From: Macrostomum lignano
Taxonomy: Eukaryota
Assembly (NCBI GenBank): GCA_002269645.1
Contig: NIVC01004690.1
Coordinates: 1 to 37,934 of the forward strand
Length of the DNA: 37,934 nt
Direction of reading: 5' to 3'
Below, in pieces: positions 1 to 11,447 of this stretch (position 1 is its first letter; each line of letters starts with the position of its first letter). The notes under the pieces were generated by a model. It had not been told where the DNA came from and searched no databases. It saw only the letters and a program-made list of their open reading frames with translations. The position numbers were made by a program, and so were the translations under genes.

Positions 1-729
1 AAAATGTTCTTGCTGCGACTCTAGCTGCACTTCAACGAGAGGCGTCGGATCCTGTAGTCCATCGGAATTTTGATCTGCGGCAGCACCGGCGTGGACAGCT
101 GCAGGTGAATCTGCGGCAGCACCGGCGTGGACAGCTGCAGGTGGATCCGCGGCAGCACCGGCGTGGACAGCTGCAGGTGGATCTGCGGCAGCACCGGCGT
201 GGACAGCTGCAGGTGGATCCGCGGCAGCACCGGCGTGGACAGCTGCAGGTGGATCTGCGGCAGCACCGGCGTGGACAGCTGCAGGTGGATCCGCGGCAGC
301 ACCGGCGTGGACAGCTGCAGGTGGATCCGCGGCAGCACCGGCGTGGACAGCTGCAGGTGGATCCGCCAGTACCGGCGTGGTCGCGAGTGCTGGTAGATTG
401 GCGGCGGCTGTCGGCACCTACCAAGTTTGGTATCATGTATTTCATTTCGACAATTTTTTCACTGACATACACGTACACATACATATGTCTTTTCTTAAAA
501 AGGGATTGACAAACGATAATGTGATCAATTTTACTTTGCTTACCTTTTCCCATTTACAGCGGGAGCAAATCCAATTAAATGAAGCGTCGTCTTCTAGAAT
601 TTGACGATACTCCTTTTGGCTTATGCCTGAATCACATATTCGGTGCTGCCATTGACTGCAATCATCACATTGCAAAGCTTGCTGTCGAGTGCTCACACAC
701 TTTCTACAAACGACACAGATGTCTTGCAT
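1..729 (-). CDS. PHD-finger protein, 5' part (exon 1 729-544, intron 543-418, exon 2 417 to beyond window start); possibly the N-terminus of a transposon-encoded protein
   Basis: Exon 1 is 62 codons, MQDICVVC...CDDC...HRIC...CSRCKWEK, a C4HC3 PHD pattern. Donor AAG|gtaagc at 544/543 and acceptor ttggtag|GTG at 418/417 are both phase 0. Exon 2 (VPTAAANLPALATTPVLA-[DPPAAVHAGAAA]n-DQNSDGLQDPTPLVEVQLESQQEHF) is open to position 1. Confidence 0.8.
72..380. repeat. 36-bp tandem repeat, about 8.5 copies, coding within PHD-gene exon 2
   Basis: Unit GATC(T/C)GCGGCAGCACCGGCGTGGACAGCTGCAGGTG; period 36 (multiple of 3). Confidence 0.97.
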
Positions 730-2460
730 CCGAGAAAGTTTGAATGAGAATAACTATTCGCCAATATTTTTATCTTTATCAAATTTTTAGCAGTTTCCAT
801 TCCACTGTTTTTAGTTAAACTTTCTTATTTTAGGTGATTGTAAAATAGTTTGTTAAAATGATGAGACTGGGCTATACTTACAGCGCTTTGGGTGCGTTCG
901 AGTGACTTAAACTCAAAAATAACACCCAAAAAGCACCCAAAATAACAATGTTAACGGACAGAGAAGTTGTCCAGACAGAGGCAGCTCCCCAGTCCCCCAG
1001 CTCCCCAGTCCCCACCCCACTCCTCATCCCCACCCCATTTCCCAGCAGATGAACAGTTTTAGAAGGAAAGGCATTTCGTCTACTCAGCAGACGAACTGTT
1101 GGCAGACAAATGAACTGGAAACCCTTAATAGGCCTACTTTTCAGTTTTTGTGCCAATTTATTCTCTATCGTTATATCTAACAAGTCTATCTTTATCAGTG
1201 TATCAAGAAGCTATTATTAGTGCCTAGCATAGGCAGTGGGAGTTTGTAGCACTGGGGTCACTTGCCCTCCCCCCCCCCCCTAGAAAATGAGTCTACATGG
1301 TAATTTTTAGTGTTTTTTTCTGATTTTAGGCCCTAATTAGTAGCTTATAAAGATACCTATGCCCTCACTTTCCCTGTGCCTAAGTGCCCCCCCCCTAAAA
1401 TATTAGGCTTCGCCATCCCTAGTGCCTAGTGCTATGGTAATGATATACAAAAAAGTTAGGATAAATATGCAAAAGCCAAAATGTATTTATTTTGTGCTAG
1501 GCTACTTGCTTTATTTAGTAGATAAATACTTATAGGTCAAGCTACAATAAAAACTAAAGCCAAAAAATGATTATAATATAATATAATTCTATTATAGCAT
1601 TTATCTCCCTAATTATTCTCCTTAATTAATCCTACTACATATAGGAAATGAGTGAAATATATAGACTTAGGCCTTTTATTATTTATTTAGACATTTAAAG
1701 CTATGGCCATCTTGGTGTATGGCCAATGGCCATCTTGGTCATGCGCCATACAAATAAGCCTAGACAAAACAATTTTTCTAATAGGCCCTCAAGAAAAAAT
1801 TAAGGCATAGGTCTTATATCTTATTGAACTAGTTAGAGTTGTCTCGGAGTTGTCTTAAGATGTGTCTCAAGGTGGCCTGGTAGGTTTTTGAATCCCACTG
1901 CTGCTACCAATGTTGTACCTGTGCTTCTTGTGCTGTCTAGCACATTGATTTGGGCTCCCGTCTTCTCAACTGGAAGCCTTCTATTAGCTCTTAGTAGCGT
2001 AGGTAGTGCTGCCACCAGTTCCTTCAGGTCTTGGCTTTTGATGAAGTGAGCTTCCCATTAGAAGGAAATAACAAGGTCAACAAACACAGCACAACATGCA
2101 GATTTGCAGCTCAACATAAAAGACATCTTGTCAGCAGCACCTGCCAGGCTTGGTTGGTAGATGGGAAGGCCAAGTTAGCCTCTCATAAGTTTGAGGTGGG
2201 GCTTTAGTAGCATACATGCGGAACCCCCCCTCCCGATTTACATTAGCTATACAACTTACTTTTTGACCAAAAATGCAACTAAACTGTGAAAGAAACCCTA
2301 ACACAATTTTGGGTAAATAGCAGGAGTAACTATGACTGTCTTATAAAGGCTAAATGCCTCATCATCTAATTAGTACTATATCTGTATTCTTTAGGCTGGG
2401 CATTTTTGCGACTTATCCCTGGTCTACCACAATTTACGGCGGCCAGCAGTTGTACATGTA

Positions 2461-3164
2461 TGTTTAGTAGGGTCTCATTTAGACCAGTACAAGCACATTC
2501 AGTGGACGCGAATGGCACTTAGTTCAGTCAATAATGCACACGGGATCTTAGAAGTTTAGAGGCAAGCTAAGACTCCTTGATGGAAACAAGGGGGAGAGAG
2601 GTCCCATTTATAGCCGGGATTCTCTGGCACACAAGACCTCGTGACTTGTTCTATTTTTAGAACTGATGTCACTTGAGGTCTGCAGGAAGAGTGCGCCAGG
2701 GAGTGACTCAGTGTCTATTTTTAGAACTGATATCACTTTCTGCCTTAGAGAAGGCAGGGTCTGTGGGCAAAGTGCAAGGGGCCACATGACTCAGTATCTA
2801 TTTTTAGAAACATGAGTCATCTTTGCCTTAGGGAAGGCAAGGGCCCCGAGGCACATGATTCTCCCATAAATAGGACCAGCAAGTGCAGTAAACATGTTTA
2901 CTGCACTTTGGGTTTACTGCACTTTGAGACTCCAAGAATGCAAGATCTATCATGTGACTTGCTCACAAGATAGAGGAAAATGGGACGGGAATGAAATAGA
3001 GACAGCCCACAGCAGAGAAGCTGAGGGCTAAGAACAGAGATGCAAAAGGACAGAACAGGCCAAGTGCAGCAACAGACAGGCAAGGGGGTGGGAAGCTGAT
3101 AAGCAGCAGACAGCAACCCTGGATGAGGGCAAGGGAGACTGCTAACAAAGGGGGATGCCTAACA
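2461..3164 (-). mobile_element. Solo-LTR-like segment
   Basis: The minus strand starts TGTTAG (3164) and ends CTAAACA (2461). TATAAA at 2612-2607 is followed by a pyrimidine-rich tract, with repeated enhancer-like motifs upstream of the TATA. No TSD, polyA signal or PBS was found. Confidence 0.35.
2641..2820. promoter_or_regulatory. Three imperfect repeats of an AP-1-like + MEF2-consensus module
   Basis: CTATTTTTAG at 2651, 2715 and 2798; TGACTCA at 2704 and 2787; TGAGTCA at 2813. Confidence 0.45.
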
Positions 3165-3942
3165 CTAAACTAGTGACTCAAAACATTAATTTGATGATTT
3201 GGTTGACAAACAAATTTAACTATTACAAATTTAGCAAAATTAAATAAAGTAAATTAATTTTTTAATAAATGTCTAAATATAGTATAATAAATATTAGAGA
3301 TTTAGTCTAGAAAGGTAGGGGCAAATTGAATATTTAACCTATTCCTATAATCCAATATACAAAAGAACAAATGTTCCTTCTTATTTAACAAATCAAATAT
3401 TAATATACTTATATTAATTATATAATATTATAATATAATTACAATAAAAGCCTATACTTAAATAGACTTTATTGAATCTTCTTTCTTCTTGTTTGTGTGC
3501 AATCGATTTTAGCAAAAATTCTTAATACTAAAGATGAAAATCATATTGTAGGTATTTCAATACTCCTCCTAGACTGTTGAACCAAAATTTATCAAACTTG
3601 CACCATTTGATTGCAAATTTTTATGTGACTATGCATGACTATTTTGATTCTTTAGATTCACAAAGTTGGCCCTTTAAAGTTGAGAAAACCTGCTTTTTGC
3701 CTATGCTTTTAGTGTATTTTTGCTCATAGTCAGAGCCAACTATGACTCGGGCCATAGACTAAAAACATCTTTGTTTGATCCTTTGTCTCTTTATTTGTAT
3801 TTGTATTTGTATATATTGAAATCCTTCATTTTGTTGATCCACATGACATGAAAATCTATTTGTCCGTTAAATTAACTGGCTTTGTTATGCCGAAAAGGAA
3901 AAGAAACCTAAATCACAGAATAGTAGACTTGCGAAGCAACAA

Positions 3943-5198
3943 CTGGGGGATGCTTGCTGTGGGCTGCTTGCTGTCTGGGGATGCTTGCTGTGGGCTGCTT
4001 GCTGTCTGGGGATGCTTGCTGTCTGGGGATGCTTGCTGTCTGGGGGATGCTTGCTGTCTGGGGGATGCTTGCTGTCTGGGGGATGCTTGCTGTCTGGGGA
4101 TGCTTGCTGTCTGATGGATGCTTGCTTTCTTGGGGATGCTTGCTATCTGGGGGATGCTTGCTATCTGGGAGATGCTTGCTATCTGGTGGATGCTTTCTGT
4201 CTGGGGAATGCTTGCTATCGGATTCTTGGATGGATGCTTGCTATTTGGGGGATGCTTGCTGTCTGGTGGATGCTTGCTGTCTGGGGGATGCTTGCTATCG
4301 GATTCTTGGATGGATGCTTGCTATTTGGGGGATGCTTGCTATCTGGGGGATGCTTGCTGTCTGGAGGATGCTTGCTATCTGGGGGATGCTGTCTGGTGGA
4401 TGCTTGCTGTCTGGAGGATGCTTGCTATCTGGGGGATGCTGTCTGGTGGATGCTTGCTGTCTGGAGGATGCTTGCTATCTGGGGGATGCTGTCTGGAGGA
4501 TGCTTGCTATCTGGGGGATGCTGTCTGGTGGATGCTTGCTGTCTGGAGGATGCTTGCTATCTGGGGGATGCTGTCTGGTGGATGCTTGCTGTCTGGAGGA
4601 TGCTTGCTATCTGGGGATGCTGTCTGGAGGATGCTTGCTATCTGGGGATGCTGTCTGGTGGATGCTTGCTGTCTGGAGGATGCTTGCTATCTGGGGATGC
4701 TTGCTGTCTGGAGGATGCTTGCTATCTGGGGATGCTGTCTGGTGGATGCTTGCTGTCTGGGGGATGCTGTCTGGTGGATGCTTGCTATCTGGGGGATGCT
4801 GTCTGGTGGATGCTTGCTGTCTGGAGGATGCTTGCTATCTGGGGGATGCTGTCTGGAGGATGCTTGCTATCTGGGGGATGCTGTCTGGTGGATGCTTGCT
4901 GTCTGGAGGATGCTTGCTATCTGGGGATGCTTGCTGTCTGGAGGATGCTTGCTATCTGGGGATGCTGTCTGGTGGATGCTTGCTGTCTGGAGGATGCTTG
5001 CTATCTGGGGGATGCTTGCTGTCTGGAGGATGCTTGCTATCTGGGGGATGCTTGCTGTCTGGAGGATGCTTGCTATCTGGGGGATGCTTGCTGTCTGGAG
5101 GATGCTTGCTATCTGGGGGATGCTGTCTGGTGGATGCTTGCTGTCTGGAGGATGCTTGCTATCTGGTGGATGCTTGCTGTCTGGGGGATGCTTTCTGT
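3943..5198. repeat. Minisatellite, about 17-19-bp unit with a shorter internal-deletion variant
   Basis: Units GGATGCTTGCT(G/A)TCTGG(G/A/T)G and GGATGCTGTCTGGT. The long ORFs here are repeat artefacts. Confidence 0.97.
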
Positions 5199-5624
5199 CC
5201 AAGGGGTTCAATGGGAAACGGGAGTTGTTTAAGTTCCCCCCCCCCCAAAGGGGGGCTACATGGCTAGTTTAAACTAATAGCAAAAGTTTTATAAGCAACC
5301 TATAAAAATTAAGCCGAAAAAGAAAGTTCCAGTCTTGGACTATTAAGTAAAATGGGTCCTATCATAATAGACTGATAGTTTATACTAATATTATCCCAGT
5401 TTGTTTAAGTTTCTAAATATACGCTCGTATATTTAAATATATGCATCTATTTCTATTGAATTTGGTTTTAATTGTATTGTATCCAATTGTATCCATTTTT
5501 GGGATTTTGGCAGTCTAAACATAAGTTATAGTGAATGCAAGCCACAACCCCATATTCAATTCTGTGCGTAGCCATATATATTAACTTGGAGCCTTTTTCA
5601 CAAAAAATTGCCTGGGTACTTTGC

Positions 5625-5825
5625 AAATCACACCAATGAGAGCCAACCCCCAAGGTACAGAGTGTACACGTCTGACAATTAAAAAGTCAAAACCAATGTA
5701 CACCCTGTATGAGCATACAGTATTGGCGTGCTTGTATGTGCTCAGGACTGAGTAGAATGGGCTGAATTGCCTCAGTGCTGGGTGAGAGACAATTTCGCCA
5801 AAGTTTTTGGCACCAGGATGCCCGC
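5625..5825 (+). mobile_element. Degenerate SINE body (same family as 28229-28601), strongly CpG-depleted
   Basis: GAGAGCCAACCCCCAAGG...TGTACACCCTG...CTCAGG aligns by eye with the copies at 23168 and 28364. Confidence 0.75.
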
Positions 5826-5934
5826 GGTCCTACTGCAGTTATTATTCTATTTAATATATTTGTGATTATTAAATTCTTGTTAAAAACACTGTTCATGTTC
5901 CGCATTTGATCTCTTCAAATCACTGGCCCAAGTC

Positions 5935-6531
5935 ATGTCTCTGGCCGCCGCGCTGCGCTCCCTCTCTCTGCGTCAAGCTGCCCCCATTGCCAGCCTGTGC
6001 CCTCGCCTGCAGATCCAGCACCGGCAGCAGAGGCGCCACCTGTCCTCGCCGGCGCCCCAGCAGCTGCAGCCAGCTGGCATCGATGGCGGACCAGCCGCCA
6101 CTCAGTCCTCGCCAGCTGTTCGCGACTTGGCCCAGCGAATCTGCCAGCTGAGCCTCCTGGAGGTTGCCGAGCTCAGCCGCCAGCTGCAGTCGGATCTGGG
6201 CGTCTCGGCCCAGCCGGCCCTGCCTGCCGAAGCCTTGAAGGCTCTCGTTGGCGGGGCTGCCGAGGCTGCATCAGCCGACGCGGCCGCCGATGCCGGCGCC
6301 GGAGCCGCGGTGAAGACTGCATTCAATTTGAAACTGGTGAAATTCGACGCCGCCAAGAAGGTGGCCCTCATCAAGGAGTTGAAGTCGCGCAATCCGTCGC
6401 TGAATTTGGTGCAGACTAAAAAACTGGTGGAATCGGCGCCCGCTGTGGTAGTGAACGACCTCACTAAGGACGAGGCCGAGGCGATGAAGTCCGCCCTGGA
6501 ACAAATCGGAGCCACCATAGAGATTGAGTGA
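5935..6531 (+). CDS. MRPL12: Mitochondrial ribosomal protein L12 (bL12m), intronless
   Basis: 198 aa: Arg/Ser/Leu-rich presequence, L7/L12 dimerisation segment (ICQLSLLEVAELSRQL), Ala-rich hinge, and C-terminal domain KVALIKELK...NLVQTKKLVESAP...KDEAEAMKSALEQIGATIEIE. Confidence 0.95.
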   Translation: MSLAAALRSLSLRQAAPIASLCPRLQIQHRQQRRHLSSPAPQQLQPAGIDGGPAATQSSPAVRDLAQRICQLSLLEVAELSRQLQSDLGVSAQPALPAEALKALVGGAAEAASADAAADAGAGAAVKTAFNLKLVKFDAAKKVALIKELKSRNPSLNLVQTKKLVESAPAVVVNDLTKDEAEAMKSALEQIGATIEIE

Positions 6532-7207
6532 CACTTCGGACTGGTTTCACTGTCTGCGATGCTTGTTTAAATCTGCTTTCAGTTGACACCCAGCCAGCAG
6601 CCTTGTTGTAGCTAAGGGAGGTTTCTGGCTTGTTGCTAATTGAAGGTTAAATAATTATAGTTAATTTAGTCAAAATAGGTGAACTCAAGCTTGTAAGACC
6701 CAAATTTGTACGTAGTTGTTTCGATCCTTTGTTGCGTATTTTCAATTCTGCAGCTTCATCAGTTCGCGCATATTTGCTCTTCTTTGATAGTTAAATAAAA
6801 TCAAATATTTGGCAACAATGTGCACTGCCAGATGCGTTTATTTCCCGATGATGAAGCGAAGAATTTTATTCAGTGTGTTGTGTAATGACCGGACTCGTTA
6901 TTTTGCGCTACAACCTGCACTGGCGAATTAGTCGGTTTGAACTACTTATAGTAGCTTATGAACTACGAATAAGGAACTTCGAAGGATGCGGTTTTCATGA
7001 CTTGATTGTTGATTCGTGCTCGTAAGGGCCCGAATCCAATGCAGGGGTGTGTGCACTTGTCTGTCCAAAGTTTTGTGTCGAACTGACTGCTCTTTGTCAG
7101 AAAGTCTGGGACTAGGCCCTATACAGCCCAAACGTCTGGTCTTCGATACTATAGTGCTTACATTCCGAATTCATGTACTTTTATAGTCTTGTCACATTCT
7201 ATCGCCT

Positions 7208-7430
7208 TAACCATAGCAGCTCAACGGTAAACGCGTCACGACCCCGGGTTCGATTCCGTGCGCGGTGGCCACAGTCATTTGGGGCTTGTGCTCGACACTT
7301 GACTTGAGATTCAAATCCCAACCCCCCCCCAAGGCCAAGGAACAGAGATCAGTGCAGAGTTGCCTCGTGGTTGTGTGAACATGTCGCCAATAAAGGCGTT
7401 GCGGTCAGGGCGCCCACAGTCGTGCAGTTA
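7208..7430 (+). mobile_element. Diverged, internally deleted tRNA-derived SINE
   Basis: A-box-like AGCTCAACGG and B-box GGTTCGATTCC, then ATTTGGGGCT, AACCCCCCCCAAGG and GGTTGTGTGA...TGTCGC, all shared with the 28229 copy. Confidence 0.65.
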
Positions 7431-8240
7431 TTTAGTCTCCTAAACGTATTATTGTCACCTGAGCGACATCCAATACAATACGACTTATACCAGGTGTTTT
7501 GGGATTTCAATAATATCCCATGCAATCGCTACTGCCTAACCTAGCAGTGTGTGTGTGTGTGTATGTGTGTGTAGTTTCGCGTGAAAATGAGACTTTTTAG
7601 CGGGCGAGTTATGATGGACGTGCGGGCGGCAGCTGCTGGATGGACAGACCATCACAGACCGACTAATCGGGTAGGGGAGATGCGAGCCATCTGTGTGGAA
7701 GCTATTTTTAGTTTTTTACCTTCCAACTGCGTCTGGGTAGGTAATCCTCTCTTAATCCCCCAATTTCTTCCCGTTCTTTCCTCTCTCGCTCTCTCCTGTT
7801 CCTCCAGCTCGCGTGAGCCCTGGGCCACATAAGCGGCAAAAAACTCCGTGCGGGATCTGCATCATAGGCAGAGGTTGATGTTATATTTAGTAAATTTTCG
7901 TATGCCTTCAATTGCCATTGCTGGTCAGCGATAATTCCGGGTGTAAGGGTCGTCGGGGACGGGGCTTTTGGGGTGAAGAGGAAGGGGAGAGAAGGCGCGG
8001 AGAGACCGGTGGGTTAAGCAATCGATTTGGGCAGTCAGAGGGGTGGTTAGGAGATTCCCGCCAAAGCACCGTTAAGGTAAGTAAAGAGGCGAGACGAATT
8101 GGTCTGGTCTCGCTCTTCATCGTGTAATCATCCCATGCTGCCCAGACTCCTCATCTGAACTGTTAGTTGCCTGGCTATAATCCGGCCTTATACTGTAGTA
8201 GCTAAAGCTATTGTACGAATACTCGATCATACTTTGTACG

Positions 8241-9531
8241 ATGGGCAATAAACAGGTCGTTGGTTCGAGTCCCAGCTCTGCCGGGTTTCCAACGCGACGC
8301 AGTAGAAAATCTGTCCGGCCGGCGGACGCGCCGCCGTTCCGCTCGCCAGGAAAAAAGCCAACGCTCCCGACGCCGCCGACGCCGCTCCTACCCCCGTCTA
8401 CTGCGCCGCAGTCGCCACTCCCGCCGCCTGCAGTACATGTGTATTTACCTCCACCATTGAATCCGAACTCGTTAAGCGTCCGCAACGACGACTACCTCTT
8501 CCCGGACGCTGTCACTCCGGTTAAGGTGGACCGGCGTCTTGTCGACAATTACGACGTTCCTTACATTGACGATATTGGCGAATGCGACGAGCCTGAAGCC
8601 GAGTCCTGCTACTTCACCGAAGACCTGCGCTGGTCGCTTATCCTGCTGGACTCGGCGCCTCGGCTGGCGGAGGGCGAAGAATTTCCGGAGCTAGGTGAGC
8701 GTCTAGCGATGTGGTTTGGGTAGCGGCAGGGCCTTGAGTCAGGAGACACATGGTCCTGAGTCAATGAATGAATTTTAAGTCATGAATTTAGGGCTGAATA
8801 AAGAAGCGCGTGTTTCTGAGTTACCAGATGTGGCTCTGAGTTACCAGATGTGGCTCTGAGTTACCAGATGTGGCTCTGAGTTACCAGATGTGGCTCTGAG
8901 TTACCAGATGTGGCTCTGAGTCACCAGATGTGGCTCTGAGTTACCAGATGTGGCTCTGAGTCACCAGATGTGGCTCTGAGTTACCAGATGTGGCTCTGAG
9001 TTACCAGATGTGGCTCTGAGTTACCAGATGTGGCTCTGAGTTACCAGATGTGGCTCTGAGTCACCAGATGTGGCTCTGAGTCACCAGATGTGGCTCTGAG
9101 TTACCAGATGTGGCTCTGAGTTACCAGATGTGGCTCTGAGTTACCAGATGTGGCTCTGAGTTACCAGATGTGATTCTGAGTTACCAGATGTGATTCTGAG
9201 TTACCAGATGTGGCTCTGAGTTACCAGATGTGGCTCTGAGTTACCAGATGTGATTCTGAGTCACCAGATGTGGCTCTGAGTCAAGATGGATAAAATGCTT
9301 TGAGTTCACTCTGTCAACATGCATTCTTCTGGAAAAATGTGCCAGTCAAGTAGTTCATGCCAGAAACCGCTATCGACTCTCCTCGATCCATTCCCAGTCG
9401 CCACGTACGACCCCGTGTCCAACCTGGGTGCCGTCGGTTCCAAGCGTCACCGGTTGGGACTTTTGACGCGGCTATTCCGTGGAAACAGACGAAGACGGCG
9501 CCGCCAGCATGGCGAGGCGTCGCGGGCATGA
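8241..9531 (+). CDS. Uncharacterised 195-aa protein (exons 8241-8694, 9398-9531): N-terminal MG, Pro-rich tract, Tyr motifs, basic C-terminus
   Basis: Donor CTAG|gtgagc (8694/8695) and acceptor ttcccag|TC (9397/9398) are both phase 1 and join ...PELV-ATYDPVSNLG...RRRRRRQHGEASRA*. Codons are GC-rich. An upstream donor (8076/8077) and an in-frame acceptor (8201/8202) could add a 5' exon. Confidence 0.7.
8814..9282. repeat. 20-bp intronic minisatellite, about 23 copies
   Basis: Unit CTCTGAGT(T/C)ACCAGATGTGG. Confidence 0.97.
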
Positions 9532-11447
9532 GAAACAGGAAAAAGAGCTGGAGAGCAGAATTCCTTTTTCTATTCTTAACAGTCGCGCCTGGCCTGTTTC
9601 TCTCTTGGCCTCATAGCGTTCCAGGAAGCGCCGATGAAATGTGCAATCTTGTGCGGAATGTGATCGCACATGCAAATCGCAGACACTGAAACGACTAGAT
9701 TTGTCACTCGCAAAAAGTGCGTATCTACTTTATTTAGTAGCAAAATCAGCGTTTTATTTTATAATAGCTTTTAGCTTTTGAATCAGCAACAACGGCATCT
9801 GGCTTTCTACAAGCAGACCCACTAGATAGATTAGCATCTTTATCCCGTTTGAAGCTGCATCAGAATCCAGTGCGTGTGCATAGCAGAGCAAAGGGGTGGC
9901 GCCCCAACCATAAACAGTTTGGCTTTCCTCTTTCCCGCTTGTGTCTGATTTTCACCTCTCTCCTTACTGATCTCTGATTGGATGAGCTACGTCGTAGATT
10001 GAGCCTGCCTTATAGGCTGGGTTTCGTCCGTCTAACTTTGACCTCTCTCCTTACTGCTCTCTCATTGGCTGAGCTAGATTGGGTCTGCCCCCCCCCAAGC
10101 TGAGTTTTGTGTTTTGTGTACACTGAGTTGTTTATTCCTAACCCCATATGCTCCTGAGGCCGCAACCCCGAGGAAGAAAAGGAAATTTTAACTGCCACAT
10201 TCAATTAAAATGACACTGTACAGATAAACTACTGAAAAAAGAATAGACGCTCTAATTTTTCACAAATTTAATTGTAAGTGACATACCTCTAAGTATCTAG
10301 TTCCTAGTCCCTAGTTCCTCTAGTATCTGTGCATGCAACCAGTAATTGCAACTTGTCAATGTCTTATAGTTCGCTTTTTACTTCAATATACGAGTGCATT
10401 GTCAAATGTCATATACTTAAAAATCTTTAAGAAGAAACTCCAAAAACCCAGTTTTTTTCAAAGCTGGATGCCATTTAATTTAAGGTCGATATTTTCTGTA
10501 ATTCTCATTTTATTTGAAGTATCAATAATTTCAAAAGTTATTGGGATTCTTGAGCTGTCAAGATCCAGTTCAATTGTAAAAGTTGAGTAATCTGTTAATG
10601 TGGAGTTTGCAGACTCCTGTGGGTCAGAGAGGCTTAGTAGGGTAAGATGCGCTGGCATCATGATTTTCAGTCTGGCACCCAGGAGGCCAAACAACACTGC
10701 AGCGATTCTTACGCCTTAAAGAACCCAGGTTCGCACTGGATACAGGTATAGCCATTGACAATAGGCAGTCAGAAGTTGCTTTTCACACCGGCAAATGCAG
10801 ACCATAGACACCATCTTCCGGATTGGATAAGCGCCAGAGAAACTGTGTCTTTTTTAAAGCAACTTTTAAAGCCACAGACACTACATGATCGGCAGCTGAC
10901 AGATGACGGGGCCAAATTTAGTTTGGCCTTGAATTTGGGGGTAAAAATTTTGCTCCGCAAAGTCCCCGTTTGTGCCGATCGGCTACTGAATACCCTTAGT
11001 TGTCTATGGTAAAACCTGCACGGAAAGTTTATTGAGGGGTTCAATAAGCGGTTTTGAGTGCTTTAATATCTAGGCCACGAGTGCTTCTCCAATTAGCTTC
11101 TCCATTCAGTCTATTTTTCAGTTCAGTCCCATAAAATCTACACATCAAATTCTGTCATTTTTCACTAGCTACTTTTGTTTGGTGTGGTGTGTTTATCAAA
11201 ACTGCTGGCACTGTATAGCCTGGAGAATTAGTCTTCATGCCATAAAATCTGAGCGGTGGTAGTGGGCAGAATACTGACTGTACTGTACTTGACCACTGTA
11301 CACTGGCTGCCTACTCTGTACTAAGCCACTCCTACCCCTAGCTTTACTCAGAGCTTGGGGCAGGCGTACAAATATAGTATAAACAGTTAAGCAGACAGGG
11401 AGTCTTGTCTGGTTCTGCCATAAGCCCAGCAACTAAATCAGACAATC

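Noticed and set aside
1218-1429. 10-bp direct repeat TAGTGCCTAG flanking a C-tract segment (MITE-like)
   Set aside because: No convincing TIRs; the repeat is not flush with any definable end.
3954-5272. Long ORFs of 384-437 aa
   Set aside because: Translations of a stop-free minisatellite in all frames; no coding context.
7214-7272. Possible tRNA gene
   Set aside because: No anticodon arm, and it continues into the SINE body, so it is a SINE head.
8262-8272. GGTTCGAGTCC B-box / tRNA T-loop
   Set aside because: Falls in the coding sequence (VGSSP); no A box or cloverleaf.
8814-9282. Regular direct repeats resembling a CRISPR array (also 25177-27452 and 36406-36968)
   Set aside because: Head-to-tail units with no unique spacers, no cas genes, and a eukaryotic intron context.
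10801-11010. 10-bp inverted repeat ACCATAGACA / TGTCTATGGT
   Set aside because: Too short, no TSD, and CCATAGAC recurs at several unrelated places in the window.
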